This document shows positions 27,036 to 37,860 of a stretch of DNA of 64,000 nucleotides, one piece after another (position 1 is the first letter of the stretch; each line of letters starts with the position of its first letter). The stretch lies in IMG/VR virus record IMGVR_UViG_3300020050_008099; one strand, 5' to 3'. Origin of the DNA: an uncultured virus (IMG/VR IMGVR_UViG_3300020050_008099). Its lineage: Duplodnaviria > Heunggongvirae > Uroviricota > Caudoviricetes. The position numbers and the translations under genes were made by a program. The notes under the pieces were generated by a model, which saw nothing but the letters and a program-made list of their open reading frames with translations, searched no databases and had not been told where the DNA came from.

Positions 27036-27482
27036 TTGAGAGAATTAACTAGAGAAGACAAAGTAGCCCAGTTTATGAGGGTTATGAAGCAACCTGTTGA
27101 GGTTCAACCTAACAACGCTCTTTTAGAGCTTCGTTACAAACTCATCAAAGAAGAGTTTACTGAACTTGGAGAGGAGATTGCTGCAGCAATGACTGACAAT
27201 ACGATGAGGGGTTCTATTAGCAACAGAGTTAAGCAAAGAATGCTTAAAGAAATGGCAGATTTACAATATGTTCTTTCTGGCTTGGCTGTCACTTTGGGTC
27301 TTGACCTCGGCATTGCTTTTAACAGGGTCCACAGCTCTAACATGAGCAAATTGGATGAGAATGGAAAACCCATTTTTAGAGAGGATGGAAAAGTCTTGAA
27401 GGGGCCTAATTATAAAGCTCCTGATTTAGAAGATTTAGTTTCCCCTAATGAAGTTCCCGGATATGAGTATTACAATGGATAA
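27036..27482 (+). CDS. MazG-like NTP pyrophosphohydrolase
   Basis: LIKEEFTEL; KEMADLQYV; VHSSNMSK; DGKVLKGPNY. Confidence 0.9.
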   Translation: MRELTREDKVAQFMRVMKQPVEVQPNNALLELRYKLIKEEFTELGEEIAAAMTDNTMRGSISNRVKQRMLKEMADLQYVLSGLAVTLGLDLGIAFNRVHSSNMSKLDENGKPIFREDGKVLKGPNYKAPDLEDLVSPNEVPGYEYYNG

Positions 27483-29238
27483 AGAATACGGCCCCACCCT
27501 TGAGGTGAGTAAAGACATCCACAAAATGAAATACCGAGGTAAGGGGGAGAGTTTCAGAGACGCTATGACAAGAGTAGCAGATGCTCTGAAAGATGATAAA
27601 ACTCATTACGAAACTTTGAGAGAAGTTCTCTTAGATATGAGATTCCTTCCTGCGGGTCGTGTTCAATCTGCTATTGGTAGCCCACGTCAAGTCACAGCTT
27701 TTAACTGCTTTGTGTCTAAAGATTTTGAAGACACGATGCAAAGCATTATGGATGTTGCAGCAGAAGCTGCAGAGACTATGAGACTTGGTGGTGGTATTGG
27801 TTACGACTTCTCCACCCTTAGACCTCGGGGCGCTCTTATCAGGAGCCTTGATACACGCTCTAGTGGGCCTATTGCTTTCATGGACATCTTTGATGCTTTG
27901 TGTAAGTGTATTGCCTCTGCAGGCCATCGTAGAGGGGCGCAGATGGGTGTTCTGCGAGTTGACCACCCTGACATCGAAGAGTTTATTAGGGTCAAGGCGA
28001 ACAAGGACAAACTCACTCAGTTCAACATTTCCGTTGGTATCACTGATGAGTTTATGAGGGCGGTTTTAGAAAACAAACCTTTTAACCTAGTCTTTAATGG
28101 AGAGGTTTATAAAACTATCAGTGCAAAAGCTTTGTGGAATGAAATTCTTCGTTACACATGGGATTGGGCAGAGCCGGGAGTCCTCTTCTTAGACACTATT
28201 AATAAGAAGAATAACCTTTGGTATTGCGAGGCCATCTCTGCGACTAACCCTTGCGGTGAACAACCTTTACCCCCGTATGGTGCATGTCTGTTAGGCTCTA
28301 TGAACCTCACTAAGTATGTTAAACATGCTGAAGGTGATTATGGATTAACAGGTCGTTATTTCGACAACGAACAGTTTGTTAAGGACATTCCAACTATTGT
28401 AAGAGCTATGGATAATGTGGTTGATACCACAGTTTACCCGCTGCTTGAACAAGAGATGGAGGCTAAGAACAAGCGACGTATGGGTCTTGGCCTTACTGGT
28501 GTAGCAAATGCTGGCGAGGCTTTAGGTCTTCGTTATGGCTCCGAAGAGTTCCTTTCGTGGCTTGAAGTCTTAATGAGAACCTACAGAAACACTGTATATC
28601 AAGCCTCTATTGACCTCGCTAAAGAAAAAGGTCCATTCCCACTGTTTGATGCGGACTTGTACTTACAATCTGGTTTTGCTCAAACATTACCTAAATACAT
28701 CCGAGACGGTATTAAAAAGTATGGCATTAGAAATAGTCACCTACTTTCTATTGCCCCCACTGGGACTATCTCTTTGTCGGCAGACAACATTAGTTCCGGT
28801 ATTGAGCCTGTGTTTAGCCACTCCTACGACAGGACCATCCAGACCTTCGAGGGAGTTAAAACTGAAACTGTTACAGACTATGGTTGGAGAGTTTTCGGGG
28901 TTAAAGGGAAAACTGCAGATGAAACTCCTGTTAGTGAGCATGTCAAAGTTTTGAACCTCGCGTCTAAGTATGTAGACTCTGCTTGTTCTAAAACTTGTAA
29001 CGTTGGTGACGATGTTACTTGGGAAGACTTCAAGCAGGTTTATATGGATGCTTGGCTCGGTGGAGCTTCTGGTTGCACTACTTTCAGACTTTCTGGAAAA
29101 CGTTTTGGTATCTTGAACGCCTCTGCAGTGGAAGATGTCGCTGTAGAAGAGGTTGTTGAAGATGATTTTGTTAATGAAACTGAGGGTGGGGCTTGCTATT
29201 ATGACCCTACCACAGGTATTCGCACTTGCGATAATTAA
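27448..29238 (+). CDS. nrdJ: Class II (adenosylcobalamin-dependent) ribonucleotide reductase
   Basis: FLPAGR; NCFV; GGGIG; EPGVLF; TNPCGEQPL; APTGTIS; no nrdB found. Confidence 0.9.
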   Translation: MKFPDMSITMDKEYGPTLEVSKDIHKMKYRGKGESFRDAMTRVADALKDDKTHYETLREVLLDMRFLPAGRVQSAIGSPRQVTAFNCFVSKDFEDTMQSIMDVAAEAAETMRLGGGIGYDFSTLRPRGALIRSLDTRSSGPIAFMDIFDALCKCIASAGHRRGAQMGVLRVDHPDIEEFIRVKANKDKLTQFNISVGITDEFMRAVLENKPFNLVFNGEVYKTISAKALWNEILRYTWDWAEPGVLFLDTINKKNNLWYCEAISATNPCGEQPLPPYGACLLGSMNLTKYVKHAEGDYGLTGRYFDNEQFVKDIPTIVRAMDNVVDTTVYPLLEQEMEAKNKRRMGLGLTGVANAGEALGLRYGSEEFLSWLEVLMRTYRNTVYQASIDLAKEKGPFPLFDADLYLQSGFAQTLPKYIRDGIKKYGIRNSHLLSIAPTGTISLSADNISSGIEPVFSHSYDRTIQTFEGVKTETVTDYGWRVFGVKGKTADETPVSEHVKVLNLASKYVDSACSKTCNVGDDVTWEDFKQVYMDAWLGGASGCTTFRLSGKRFGILNASAVEDVAVEEVVEDDFVNETEGGACYYDPTTGIRTCDN

Positions 29239-29392
29239 GGTTTAGTATGTTAGTAGATTTCATTCAAAACACACTTGAGTTTGCACAATTCAATTTAGCG
29301 GAGGTAATCCTCCTTGTTAACCTCTACACACTTTACCAAGTGTTTAAAATCAAGAAGCTAATTGCTTATTAAATACACATAAAGGTTATTAA

Positions 29393-30088
29393 ATGGCCAC
29401 TGAACGGAAGCGGGTTACCAAATACAAAGGGGCAGAAGAAGAAGCTCTGTCTCGTGTCTTTGCACTAACCCCTAGAAACGAAAATCAAGAACTCTATCTC
29501 AATGCCCTTAAAAAGTTTCCACAGACAGTTGTTTGTGGTTATAGTGGCACGGGGAAAACCTATATGGCCACTGTCCACGCAGCTAATATGTATCTAGCTA
29601 AACAAGTGGATAAAATCATTGTTACCAGACCTAACGTATCCGTTGGGAAAGACCTTGGGTATTTTCCGGGAGATTTAAACGAGAAATTTGCACCTTGGGC
29701 AGCACCAGTTCTTGATGTGTTGCAGGAGGTTCTCGGAAAAAACAAAGTGGATAATGACATTAAAAATGGGAACATTGAAATGGCTCCACTATCAACTATG
29801 CGTGGGAGATCGTTTAAAGACGCTTTCATCATTCTTGACGAAGCTCAGAACACTACCATCCCAGAGATTAAAATGTTCTTGACAAGAATTGGGGAAGGTT
29901 GTAAGGTTGTTATCAATGGTGACATTAAACAGTCTGACATTAAAGAATCTTCGGGGTTGTCCAAGATTATCCACATTGTTAAGAAACATCACATGGAAGT
30001 TCCGGTAATTGAGTTTGGTGTAGATGACATTGTTAGAAGTGACATTTGTAAACAATGGATCATCGGTTTTGAAAGTGAAGGTTTGTAA
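29393..30088 (+). CDS. phoH: PhoH-family ATPase
   Basis: GYSGTGKT; MRGRSF; ILDEAQN; GDIKQSD; DIVRS. Confidence 0.95.
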   Translation: MATERKRVTKYKGAEEEALSRVFALTPRNENQELYLNALKKFPQTVVCGYSGTGKTYMATVHAANMYLAKQVDKIIVTRPNVSVGKDLGYFPGDLNEKFAPWAAPVLDVLQEVLGKNKVDNDIKNGNIEMAPLSTMRGRSFKDAFIILDEAQNTTIPEIKMFLTRIGEGCKVVINGDIKQSDIKESSGLSKIIHIVKKHHMEVPVIEFGVDDIVRSDICKQWIIGFESEGL

Positions 30089-30209
30089 TGGAGTTAATTT
30101 TTTACATGTTTTTAGCTGGAATTATGTTGTGGCTAGTCGTCTCCGATTTTGAGGAACCTTTATAAACAAAAAAAAGACAGAGAGCAAATCAATGCCCTCT
30201 GCCTATACT

Positions 30210-30246
30210 AGGGAGGGAGAAGCTAATGCTTCTCTCTCCTTTTTTT
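30210..30246 (+). terminator. Terminator at the convergence of the + and - arms
   Basis: GGAGGGAGAAGC-TAAT-GCTTCTCTCTCC-T tract; an A tract and second hairpin near 30168-30203 could serve the opposite strand. Confidence 0.75.
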
Positions 30247-33200
30247 ATTGTCTAAACTCTTCTTTAAAGATTGTCTTCTCAAGCTCGATAGCTTTACGAA
30301 TCATCTCAATTTCTAAGAGGGTTAGTTTATGATCTGGCTTATTAATCCCCAAGGAGATTTTAGCTCTTTTACGAGAAGCACTGGGCATTGTTAAAAGCTT
30401 TCTTCTAGCATCTAGTATTGTGGGATTGCCACCAGAACCGTCTAATTTATCAAGAACAAGATTACGGGTATTCTCAATCATTTTCTCCACAACGTCAATT
30501 TTAGCTGACATGGGTAATTTATTGAAATTTTTGTTCTTTAAAAGTGCTGCAGATTCTCTTTCAAGAAGCGGAGCAACTTCTTCGTTCATCCAGTTGTCGT
30601 ATTCAGGCACACCTGTAGTAAAACTATCAACCCTAAAAGGAGCTTTGTTAACCATGCCTAAAAGACGGTCAATATTAGTTCTTCTTTGTTGTGTGTTGTG
30701 ACCAAAGATGCCTGCAATATGATTACCAGATTGTACAGAACCAATCTGTGTAGCGGATTTTTTAGGCGGACCTAGACGTTTTCCATCTGGACCCTCTTCC
30801 CCCAGAAGGAAAGAAAAGATGGAGTCTGTGTAACGAGCTAACCCAAGGGCTGTTCGGTCAAGAGGGTCTTCTACTAATTTTCTATCCACTGCACTAGTGT
30901 CGATAGTTCCATCAACCTCTCCCATAGCACCAACTAAATCGTTGATTGGGTCCAAAGGTCTTGTAAACCCTGCTGCAATACCAGAGACAGTTTCACCAGC
31001 GTAACTGATCAAATTAAGAACAGCGTCCCTATCATCATCCGATGTTCTGGGGTCTGTTAGAAACTTCACCATATCAATAACCGGGGCGAACTTACCAAGT
31101 TCAGCAATAGCAGCGGGGGCTGCCAGTTGCCTAGAAAGATCAATCCAAAGGTCTTTATTAGTTCCTTCCCCAGCTTTAACACCAGCTAAGGCTCTGCCAG
31201 CGGCGTTATAAAGCCCAATAGGAAACAGGTTGTCCACTCGATAAACCTCACCAGAATCCCCCTTTTCCTCAAACCATTGAAGACCTTCTTTTTGCTTCTC
31301 TTCTTCTCGTTGAGCAGCAAAGGCTAAGGCAACACTACCAACAAACCCTTGAGAGACTTTAGTCCCCATATCCATTGTAGGGTCTTTGTACATTTTTGCA
31401 GTGGCTTCGATAAGACCTAATGGGCTGTATCTCCACGAAAAGGCAATAACGCTATTAACAAATTGACCGAACGGATAGAAGAAGCCTACACCCGGAAGAT
31501 TAGAAACGTCTTGAGACATTTTAGCGAGTCTTCCCAAAGCACTTTTCTCACCAGAAAAATCTTTGGAAAAAGTGTCTGCCTGCAAAGCTTCTACAGCCTT
31601 GTCCCAAGCTTCGTCTGTAATTTCATGGGTTCTACCTTGTTGGACTAGATCAGCCAAACCTAGTCCATGTTTCAAACGAATTTGTTTATCAAGCTCTTTA
31701 ATACCAGAGAGGGATTTAGTCAAAAGGTCTTGCGCGTTAACTAGAGAAAGTGCCTGTGCTTTATCTAAAAGCTTCTCTGTATTTCTAGCAACAGAACTAT
31801 TAGGGTTTAATCCGAAAGCTTCTGCACCTCTTGTATCCACCCCTTGGAAAAACTGTCTTGCAACAGCCCCTTGGGTTTTCTTTGGGGCTTGATCGAGAAG
31901 TTTATAAAAACCCTCAATTGTTGTAAACGGGTCTACAGCAATCTGTGTCATATAACGAAGGTTATTCTTTAAAGCTCTAGCTTGCGCTAGTGTCACTTTA
32001 GAGTTTTTCCCCAGTAACGTCTGAACCCCGGCCTGTCCATACAGGGTCGCCATTTGCAGAGCCTCTGCAGCAGAGCGGGCAGCCATAGCTGCTCCCCACC
32101 CCTTAACGTTCAATACAGTAGTACCGATGTGGGAAACAATAGCTCTTTTCCAAACAGATTGGATATAACCAAGAACTTGCGGATTTAAAGGCTTTCCCAC
32201 ATTGTCTGAAAGCTCATCCACCACACCTGCAGCATTTTGTCTATTAGCAATTGTGATATTTTTGTAGTTATCGTAGAACTTAGATGCAGACGACAGGAGA
32301 TTAGAGCTTTGTCCAGCCTCTCTAGCAGAAGCTGCAAAGGTTAAAACCACTTGATCAAATGTCACCCCAAGAGGGGCAAAGGATTCATTAAGAACGCTTT
32401 TTGTGTCTGCTGGTAAATCTTCTGCAAAATTAACAAGGCTACGAGCAAAACCACCAGAGGTCTCAATATCTAAGTCAGCGCCAGCTCTTTGAAGAATAGA
32501 GATAAACCCAGATTCATTTTTGTAGTCAGTGAACCAATTGATAACAGAATCTCTTAGAGCTTTATTGGCATCAAGGTCTGCACCTTTTGCAGCCAATGCC
32601 AACCAATCTGCATTAAGGGCCTTAATAGCTTTTGGGACTTCTTCTTGAATAACTTTGTTACTATTGGCTTTCCGTTTAATCTTTGACTCTTTGATTTGAG
32701 CCTCTACATTGGCTAACCCAGAACTGCCCTTTTTTCTTTTGGCAAAAAGAGGTGCTATCAAAGACCCGGCACCCCCAAGAATTGTATTCAAAGCACTTTG
32801 AGTGTAACTCCACTCATCTTGTGCGCCAGTCTCAAGCATAATGTTCTGGTAAAGACGGTCTTGAACATTAGCTACAGAGGCTTCCACAACAAATGCTGCA
32901 GCCACTGCTTTTTTAGCACTGACTTCCGCCGTCATACGAAGGATTTCTTTTTTGACCTCTTTTTTAGCTACTTGAGAAACCCCATTTTTAGTGGCCTCTT
33001 TCATAATAGCTTCTGTGGTCAAAGTTAGGAATTCTTTTTGTGCCGTTTTGCTGGCAGCTTTCCCAAAGAACTTACCAATAATACCTCCAAGATAGGTGGA
33101 TGGAGAGAGGACGGTGGCAGCAGCATAGTCTTTAACACCACTAAGCTTGTCCCCAACAGAACCACCACCCCCTCCGAAAAGATTCCCAACCTTGTCGTAG

Positions 33201-33580
33201 ACTTGATAAGCTCTGCCATAGGCAGCCCTAGTCTTCTCGTCGGCTGAAAAGACATCTACAGCTTCTTTAGCTGTATAAACTTCGTTAGCATTTACCCAAC
33301 GCATATGACTCAAGAAAGTGTCATAAACCTCTTCATCCGATAAATCCTTATATTCAGTCCCTTTAGACTTAACCATCATATCCCTGATAGCATTCATATC
33401 TTCAGGGTTTTGTAGAATGTCTTCTTTACTAAAAGTGACTGGTGTAAGGTCTTCATCCGTGACCCCCAAGTAACCATTGATAGATTTTACTTGTTTAGAT
33501 GTAGGTAAGGGAAGACCCTGCGGAGAGTTTTGCTCAGGTTTTTTATTTAAATAGTCAAAAACATCGTTATACAGGGTCAT
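30245..33580 (-). CDS. Large internal virion/ejection protein
   Basis: 1111 aa; last gene of the structural arm; position typical of podoviruses. Confidence 0.65.
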   Translation of the reverse strand: MTLYNDVFDYLNKKPEQNSPQGLPLPTSKQVKSINGYLGVTDEDLTPVTFSKEDILQNPEDMNAIRDMMVKSKGTEYKDLSDEEVYDTFLSHMRWVNANEVYTAKEAVDVFSADEKTRAAYGRAYQVYDKVGNLFGGGGGSVGDKLSGVKDYAAATVLSPSTYLGGIIGKFFGKAASKTAQKEFLTLTTEAIMKEATKNGVSQVAKKEVKKEILRMTAEVSAKKAVAAAFVVEASVANVQDRLYQNIMLETGAQDEWSYTQSALNTILGGAGSLIAPLFAKRKKGSSGLANVEAQIKESKIKRKANSNKVIQEEVPKAIKALNADWLALAAKGADLDANKALRDSVINWFTDYKNESGFISILQRAGADLDIETSGGFARSLVNFAEDLPADTKSVLNESFAPLGVTFDQVVLTFAASAREAGQSSNLLSSASKFYDNYKNITIANRQNAAGVVDELSDNVGKPLNPQVLGYIQSVWKRAIVSHIGTTVLNVKGWGAAMAARSAAEALQMATLYGQAGVQTLLGKNSKVTLAQARALKNNLRYMTQIAVDPFTTIEGFYKLLDQAPKKTQGAVARQFFQGVDTRGAEAFGLNPNSSVARNTEKLLDKAQALSLVNAQDLLTKSLSGIKELDKQIRLKHGLGLADLVQQGRTHEITDEAWDKAVEALQADTFSKDFSGEKSALGRLAKMSQDVSNLPGVGFFYPFGQFVNSVIAFSWRYSPLGLIEATAKMYKDPTMDMGTKVSQGFVGSVALAFAAQREEEKQKEGLQWFEEKGDSGEVYRVDNLFPIGLYNAAGRALAGVKAGEGTNKDLWIDLSRQLAAPAAIAELGKFAPVIDMVKFLTDPRTSDDDRDAVLNLISYAGETVSGIAAGFTRPLDPINDLVGAMGEVDGTIDTSAVDRKLVEDPLDRTALGLARYTDSIFSFLLGEEGPDGKRLGPPKKSATQIGSVQSGNHIAGIFGHNTQQRRTNIDRLLGMVNKAPFRVDSFTTGVPEYDNWMNEEVAPLLERESAALLKNKNFNKLPMSAKIDVVEKMIENTRNLVLDKLDGSGGNPTILDARRKLLTMPSASRKRAKISLGINKPDHKLTLLEIEMIRKAIELEKTIFKEEFRQ

Positions 33581-33585
33581 TAATA

Positions 33586-34755
33586 CTACCTAACAGCTCG
33601 TCTAAGTTTTTCCAACTCAGAGATTGGGATTTGAATTTCTTGATTATTGGTTTCATCAAGGATGGTAACCGTTCCATCAAGGTTATTAGAGATGAATTTA
33701 AAAGACACTTCCATGCCATTCGGAAGAACCCCTCTCACATCTTGTGGATTATCCTCTGCAGACGCTCTAGGAGAGGCGTCAGAGGGGCTTTGGGGGGATT
33801 CTGGTGTAGGGGTAGCTTCCTCATCTACACCCTCTTCTACGGGGCTATTTAAGCCCTCTCCCAAACTACTCTTAGCCAACTCCATCTGACGTTCAATAGC
33901 ACTTAAAGCAGCTTTACGTTCTGCTGGTTGCAAATCATCTCCGCCAAGAAGTTTATAAGCACGTTCTGCAGCTTGCGGAAGGATTTCTAACATTGCATTA
34001 GAATCTTCTGCACTTGCCCCAAGTTGTTGGGTGAGTTCTGTAAGGGCTGTGGAGAAAGCCGCCTCAGCATCTGTGTTGATGGTGGACCGAGTGTTATAGG
34101 GAAGTTGTGCCTCACCCTCTAAAGCCTTAATAGCTTCTGGGTTCATAGTCACAAAATTACTCTCATCTGTCATAGGTTGGGCATTATCACCATATTGGAT
34201 AAGTTGGTCTGCCGTAAGGCCGTCATAAACAACTGTCTCTCCAAGCTTCTTTTTTGCCCTATCCATAGAATCAATTCCAAACATTCTCCCCCAGATGGAT
34301 GCTCTAGCATCTTGTTGGAAACCTTCTGGATCAGCTTTAGCAGCCTCTTCAATGGGGTCATACATACGAGAAAAGAAGGTGGCGAAATCTTCGTTGCTAT
34401 CTTTAAGACCGCCATGAAGTTCGTAAATATCTCTAAAGGTCTGTTCGGTCAGTGGTGTAGGAGAGGCCATTCTCAGCTTCTCTACAGTGACAGCAAAATC
34501 CTCTAAACCCTCTGGATTCATGTTAGCTTGTGCCATGATAATGTCCTTAGGGACACCCATTGCAATAAGCTGGTTTGCTATTCCAACACTTTTTCTAACT
34601 TGACCTTTCACACGCCTACGATTTTCCACCCCACTGGTTTGTGCAATTTCTAATTGCTTCTCAAAATATTTATTAGCAGAGGCTCTTCTTTCGTCAATCC
34701 CCTCATTAAGAGTCCCTACAAGACCTGTGAGAAACCCTGTCCCAAAATCGTTCAT
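33586..34755 (-). CDS. Internal virion protein
   Basis: N-terminal FGTGFLTGL pattern; synteny. Confidence 0.55.
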   Translation of the reverse strand: MNDFGTGFLTGLVGTLNEGIDERRASANKYFEKQLEIAQTSGVENRRRVKGQVRKSVGIANQLIAMGVPKDIIMAQANMNPEGLEDFAVTVEKLRMASPTPLTEQTFRDIYELHGGLKDSNEDFATFFSRMYDPIEEAAKADPEGFQQDARASIWGRMFGIDSMDRAKKKLGETVVYDGLTADQLIQYGDNAQPMTDESNFVTMNPEAIKALEGEAQLPYNTRSTINTDAEAAFSTALTELTQQLGASAEDSNAMLEILPQAAERAYKLLGGDDLQPAERKAALSAIERQMELAKSSLGEGLNSPVEEGVDEEATPTPESPQSPSDASPRASAEDNPQDVRGVLPNGMEVSFKFISNNLDGTVTILDETNNQEIQIPISELEKLRRAVR

Positions 34756-35267
34756 TATGCTCTCCGTTGAATAAAGGGTGCCACTGGATTTTGAGAAGCC
34801 TCTTCAGGCTCGGGAATTACATCAGAGACTGGTTCAATCTCTTCTCCACTTGGTGCGGTTCCTTCATCTTCCAAAACTCTTTGTAAAAGCACTGCAACTC
34901 TCTTATTATCACGAGCCTTAGCTTTTTCTTTTTTAGAAGGCCCTACCTCTTCCACTACCTTAATCCCCACTGTTTGACACAAGGAGAGTAGATGTTCGTG
35001 GATAACCGGAGAGATCAAAACCTTTACATCAAATGTGTGATAACCCTCCATGACACCATACGAGGTAAGGCTGTCTACAAAAGCCTCTAAAGGATACCCC
35101 TGTTCAAGAGTGAATAGAGTATCATCTAGAGTGTCTTCGTCAGAAAGTTTTTCAAAATAGAAATTGAGGGCCTCCTCTGGTTTAGAAAAGAGAGGGGGTT
35201 GTTCCCAAGGGGCATTTCCGGGTTCTCTGGTCAACGACATACCGGGGATGGGGGCTGTAAAATTCAT
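34755..35267 (-). CDS. Conserved virion-associated protein
   Basis: APIPGMSLTREPGNAPWEQPP motif. Confidence 0.6.
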   Translation of the reverse strand: MNFTAPIPGMSLTREPGNAPWEQPPLFSKPEEALNFYFEKLSDEDTLDDTLFTLEQGYPLEAFVDSLTSYGVMEGYHTFDVKVLISPVIHEHLLSLCQTVGIKVVEEVGPSKKEKAKARDNKRVAVLLQRVLEDEGTAPSGEEIEPVSDVIPEPEEASQNPVAPFIQRRA

Positions 35268-35270
35268 TTA

Positions 35271-36065
35271 TTAACCTTCGTATTTTGCTAAAAGAGATGC
35301 TAATGTTGCTGTAGGGACAGATTTAAAACCTGCCCAAGCACCTCTTAGTGCCGCAATTTTACCCTCTGTCGTATCCGCACTATTGACAGTTTTCTTAAGA
35401 TAATAGTCAAACACCATGTCTTGAGTTTCAGCATCAAAAACAGTGTCATCACTAAGTCCCATTTCTTTTGCTAGGCTGAATAATGTAGAACCAACAAATT
35501 GGTAACGACCCATAGGAGTTGCTACACGAGCTTTTTGTCCTGACTCTGCTAAAGTCTTTTTAACCCATTGACCATATTCACCTGAAGGGTTAGCAAATTG
35601 TTTCAGTTCCCTGAGGGACATTTTACTAACATCTACACCAGCAAACCTCTTCCCCTCTCGTTGAGAGAACGAGAAAAGGGTGTCATAAGATGCCCCACCC
35701 TCTGTCGCATCAATAGCATCTTTAAAAGATGTGTATTCACTAGGGCGCTTATTGGCGTAGGTTGAAGGGGAAGTGGTAGAGCGTTTTTCCACAAAAGCCT
35801 CTTTTCTGACCTCTGGTTCTATAGGTTTTTCAGAATTTTGTTTAAAGGTTTGTAAGAACCCGTCTGAAAAACTGTTGCGGGTTTCTTTTGAGACAGCGGC
35901 AGAGGCTGCTCTAGCAGAGCTTTTAATTTGATTAACCCAGTCCCTGCTAAGACTTAAAATGTCTTCCGAAGTTCTGGAGTCTTCTGCACCACCTCTCACA
36001 GAAATGATGGATTCAGTTTTTGGTTCTGCCACCCTTAGTTTCTTTAAGAGTTCTTTATAATACAT
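35271..36065 (-). CDS. Virion-associated lysozyme-like (muralytic) protein
   Basis: TEGGASY; GRYQFVGSTL; FDAETQD; W.GF. Confidence 0.7.
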   Translation of the reverse strand: MYYKELLKKLRVAEPKTESIISVRGGAEDSRTSEDILSLSRDWVNQIKSSARAASAAVSKETRNSFSDGFLQTFKQNSEKPIEPEVRKEAFVEKRSTTSPSTYANKRPSEYTSFKDAIDATEGGASYDTLFSFSQREGKRFAGVDVSKMSLRELKQFANPSGEYGQWVKKTLAESGQKARVATPMGRYQFVGSTLFSLAKEMGLSDDTVFDAETQDMVFDYYLKKTVNSADTTEGKIAALRGAWAGFKSVPTATLASLLAKYEG

Positions 36066-36070
36066 TAGGG

Positions 36071-37642
36071 TTAACCCTCAAACAAGTTATTAATGACTTT
36101 TCCAGCAAGAGAACCAAGAACACTGCCTAAAGCACCAGCTCTTTCTGCAGAAGCACCCATACGAGCAATAGCCAATTCGTTAGCTCTTTGCAAAGAACTT
36201 TCCGTAGATTGATACGCAAAAGCATAATAATCACGCTCTTTTTGCATCATGTTGTTGTAGGCTGCAGTGGTTAACGAAGTGTTAAGTTGTGCAGTGAGAC
36301 GCGCATTTTCGTTTGCCTCTGCGTTATTAATTGTAGTAACTTGTCTACGCCATTCAGCATTAGACTGATCAACAACCAATCTATTAGTGGCGTTAAATTG
36401 TTCTCTAGCAGCAGCTAGTTGGGCATTAAATTGAGAAACAGAGTTGGTCTGGTCAACATTAAACTGTTCCATAGCGTTCTTTTGAGCAGCATTAAACTGA
36501 TTAACTTGTGCCTTCATGTTGGCAAAAAATTGATCGGTTTGTGCTTGGCTGGAAGCATTAAACTGACGACTAGCGTTTTCAGCCGCTTGGTCACTAAAGA
36601 TGCTTTGAATAACACTCTGTTGTTTTAACACATTTGTCTGTTGCGCAGCGTCTAGGTTTGCTAAGTCCATTTGCAAGAAAGCTTGTGCATTCTGCATAGC
36701 TGCTTGTTGCCGATTGTTGAGATTTTGCTGTTCAAATGTGCTATATGTAGCAGCATCTCTGATAGCAATTTCCAACGTGCTTTCCATAGCAGCTTGAGTT
36801 ACTGCTGAAGCAGCAATAGACGAAGCTCCAAGACCCCTTTGAGCAGAAATGGCGTTAGCGTTTCTGATAGCACCTGCAGCCCATGCAGGGACTTTCCCAC
36901 CCTCAAACTGAGACATCAACTGTTCAAGTTGACCCCTCACAGTGGCATTAACACTAGGATCAACTGTGACAGCAACCGCTTGGCCTTGTTGGCTAACAGT
37001 GCCTTGAACAGCTTCCATACCTTGTGTAGCATTAGTAACTTGGCTGCCTGATGTAGCTGTGCTAACTTGTGGGGCTGACGTTTCTGTTACAGGAGCTGCT
37101 GTGGTGGTAGAACTAGTTCCAGCAACAGCCCCCGGTGTTTCAGCCATTTGACCGCTATTAGGGTTGATAAGCTGATCCTGTTGGACACTCACATTACTGG
37201 TGGTAGGGGCTGAAGAATACTGACTGGGGTTATTAAGCATATCCTCAGTAAGTTGAGAACCAGTTGAGTTTAAGTTTGGTAACACAACATTAGTAGTGGA
37301 GGTTTTATTCCCTGAGGTAGCTGTTGTCAAAGTTTGTGTAGTGGTTGGGCTAGTATTTGGGGTTGTCTCGGTAGTAGTATTACCAGTCGGAGAACCACCA
37401 GTTGTTGGCTGTTGTGTAGTGGGGTTTTGTTCATGCGTAACTAACCCACCAAAAGCATAACCCCTCTTAGCTTGCGAAGACTCCACCATAGTTTTTGCTT
37501 TATTCTCATATGCAGCAAATTTGGAGGCAAGAGAGTTATCAGAACGAAGGAAGTTGTCAAACTGCCCCATATCTCCCTTAAAACCAAGTTTTCTAGCAAG
37601 AACCTCTTTTTGGGGTTCTGTAAATCCGGCGAAAGTGGCCAT
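36071..37642 (-). CDS. Internal virion protein (Q/N/A-rich)
   Basis: Repeated QFNA motifs; T-rich linker. Confidence 0.65.
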   Translation of the reverse strand: MATFAGFTEPQKEVLARKLGFKGDMGQFDNFLRSDNSLASKFAAYENKAKTMVESSQAKRGYAFGGLVTHEQNPTTQQPTTGGSPTGNTTTETTPNTSPTTTQTLTTATSGNKTSTTNVVLPNLNSTGSQLTEDMLNNPSQYSSAPTTSNVSVQQDQLINPNSGQMAETPGAVAGTSSTTTAAPVTETSAPQVSTATSGSQVTNATQGMEAVQGTVSQQGQAVAVTVDPSVNATVRGQLEQLMSQFEGGKVPAWAAGAIRNANAISAQRGLGASSIAASAVTQAAMESTLEIAIRDAATYSTFEQQNLNNRQQAAMQNAQAFLQMDLANLDAAQQTNVLKQQSVIQSIFSDQAAENASRQFNASSQAQTDQFFANMKAQVNQFNAAQKNAMEQFNVDQTNSVSQFNAQLAAAREQFNATNRLVVDQSNAEWRRQVTTINNAEANENARLTAQLNTSLTTAAYNNMMQKERDYYAFAYQSTESSLQRANELAIARMGASAERAGALGSVLGSLAGKVINNLFEG

Positions 37643-37860
37643 TACGCACCCCTCTTACAAACTTCTAACATTTTAAAATCTAGCAGATTGAGCCAGTCTA
37701 AAAACTCTCTTGTAGCCCCAATGGGGTCTGGCATGTGTAGTCTAGCTTCTTGGAAGACACTACAAGCTGCCCCAATCATCACGCCTCCGGCGCAAGCGGT
37801 CAAGAACATCGCTATCAGAAAGCCCGTCAGCAGTTCTTTTTTCTTTGAAAGTAGCCGCAT
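37642..37860 (-). CDS. Putative o-spanin lipoprotein
   Basis: Signal peptide with LTAC lipobox; overlaps the i-spanin. Confidence 0.6.
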   Translation of the reverse strand: MRLLSKKKELLTGFLIAMFLTACAGGVMIGAACSVFQEARLHMPDPIGATREFLDWLNLLDFKMLEVCKRGA

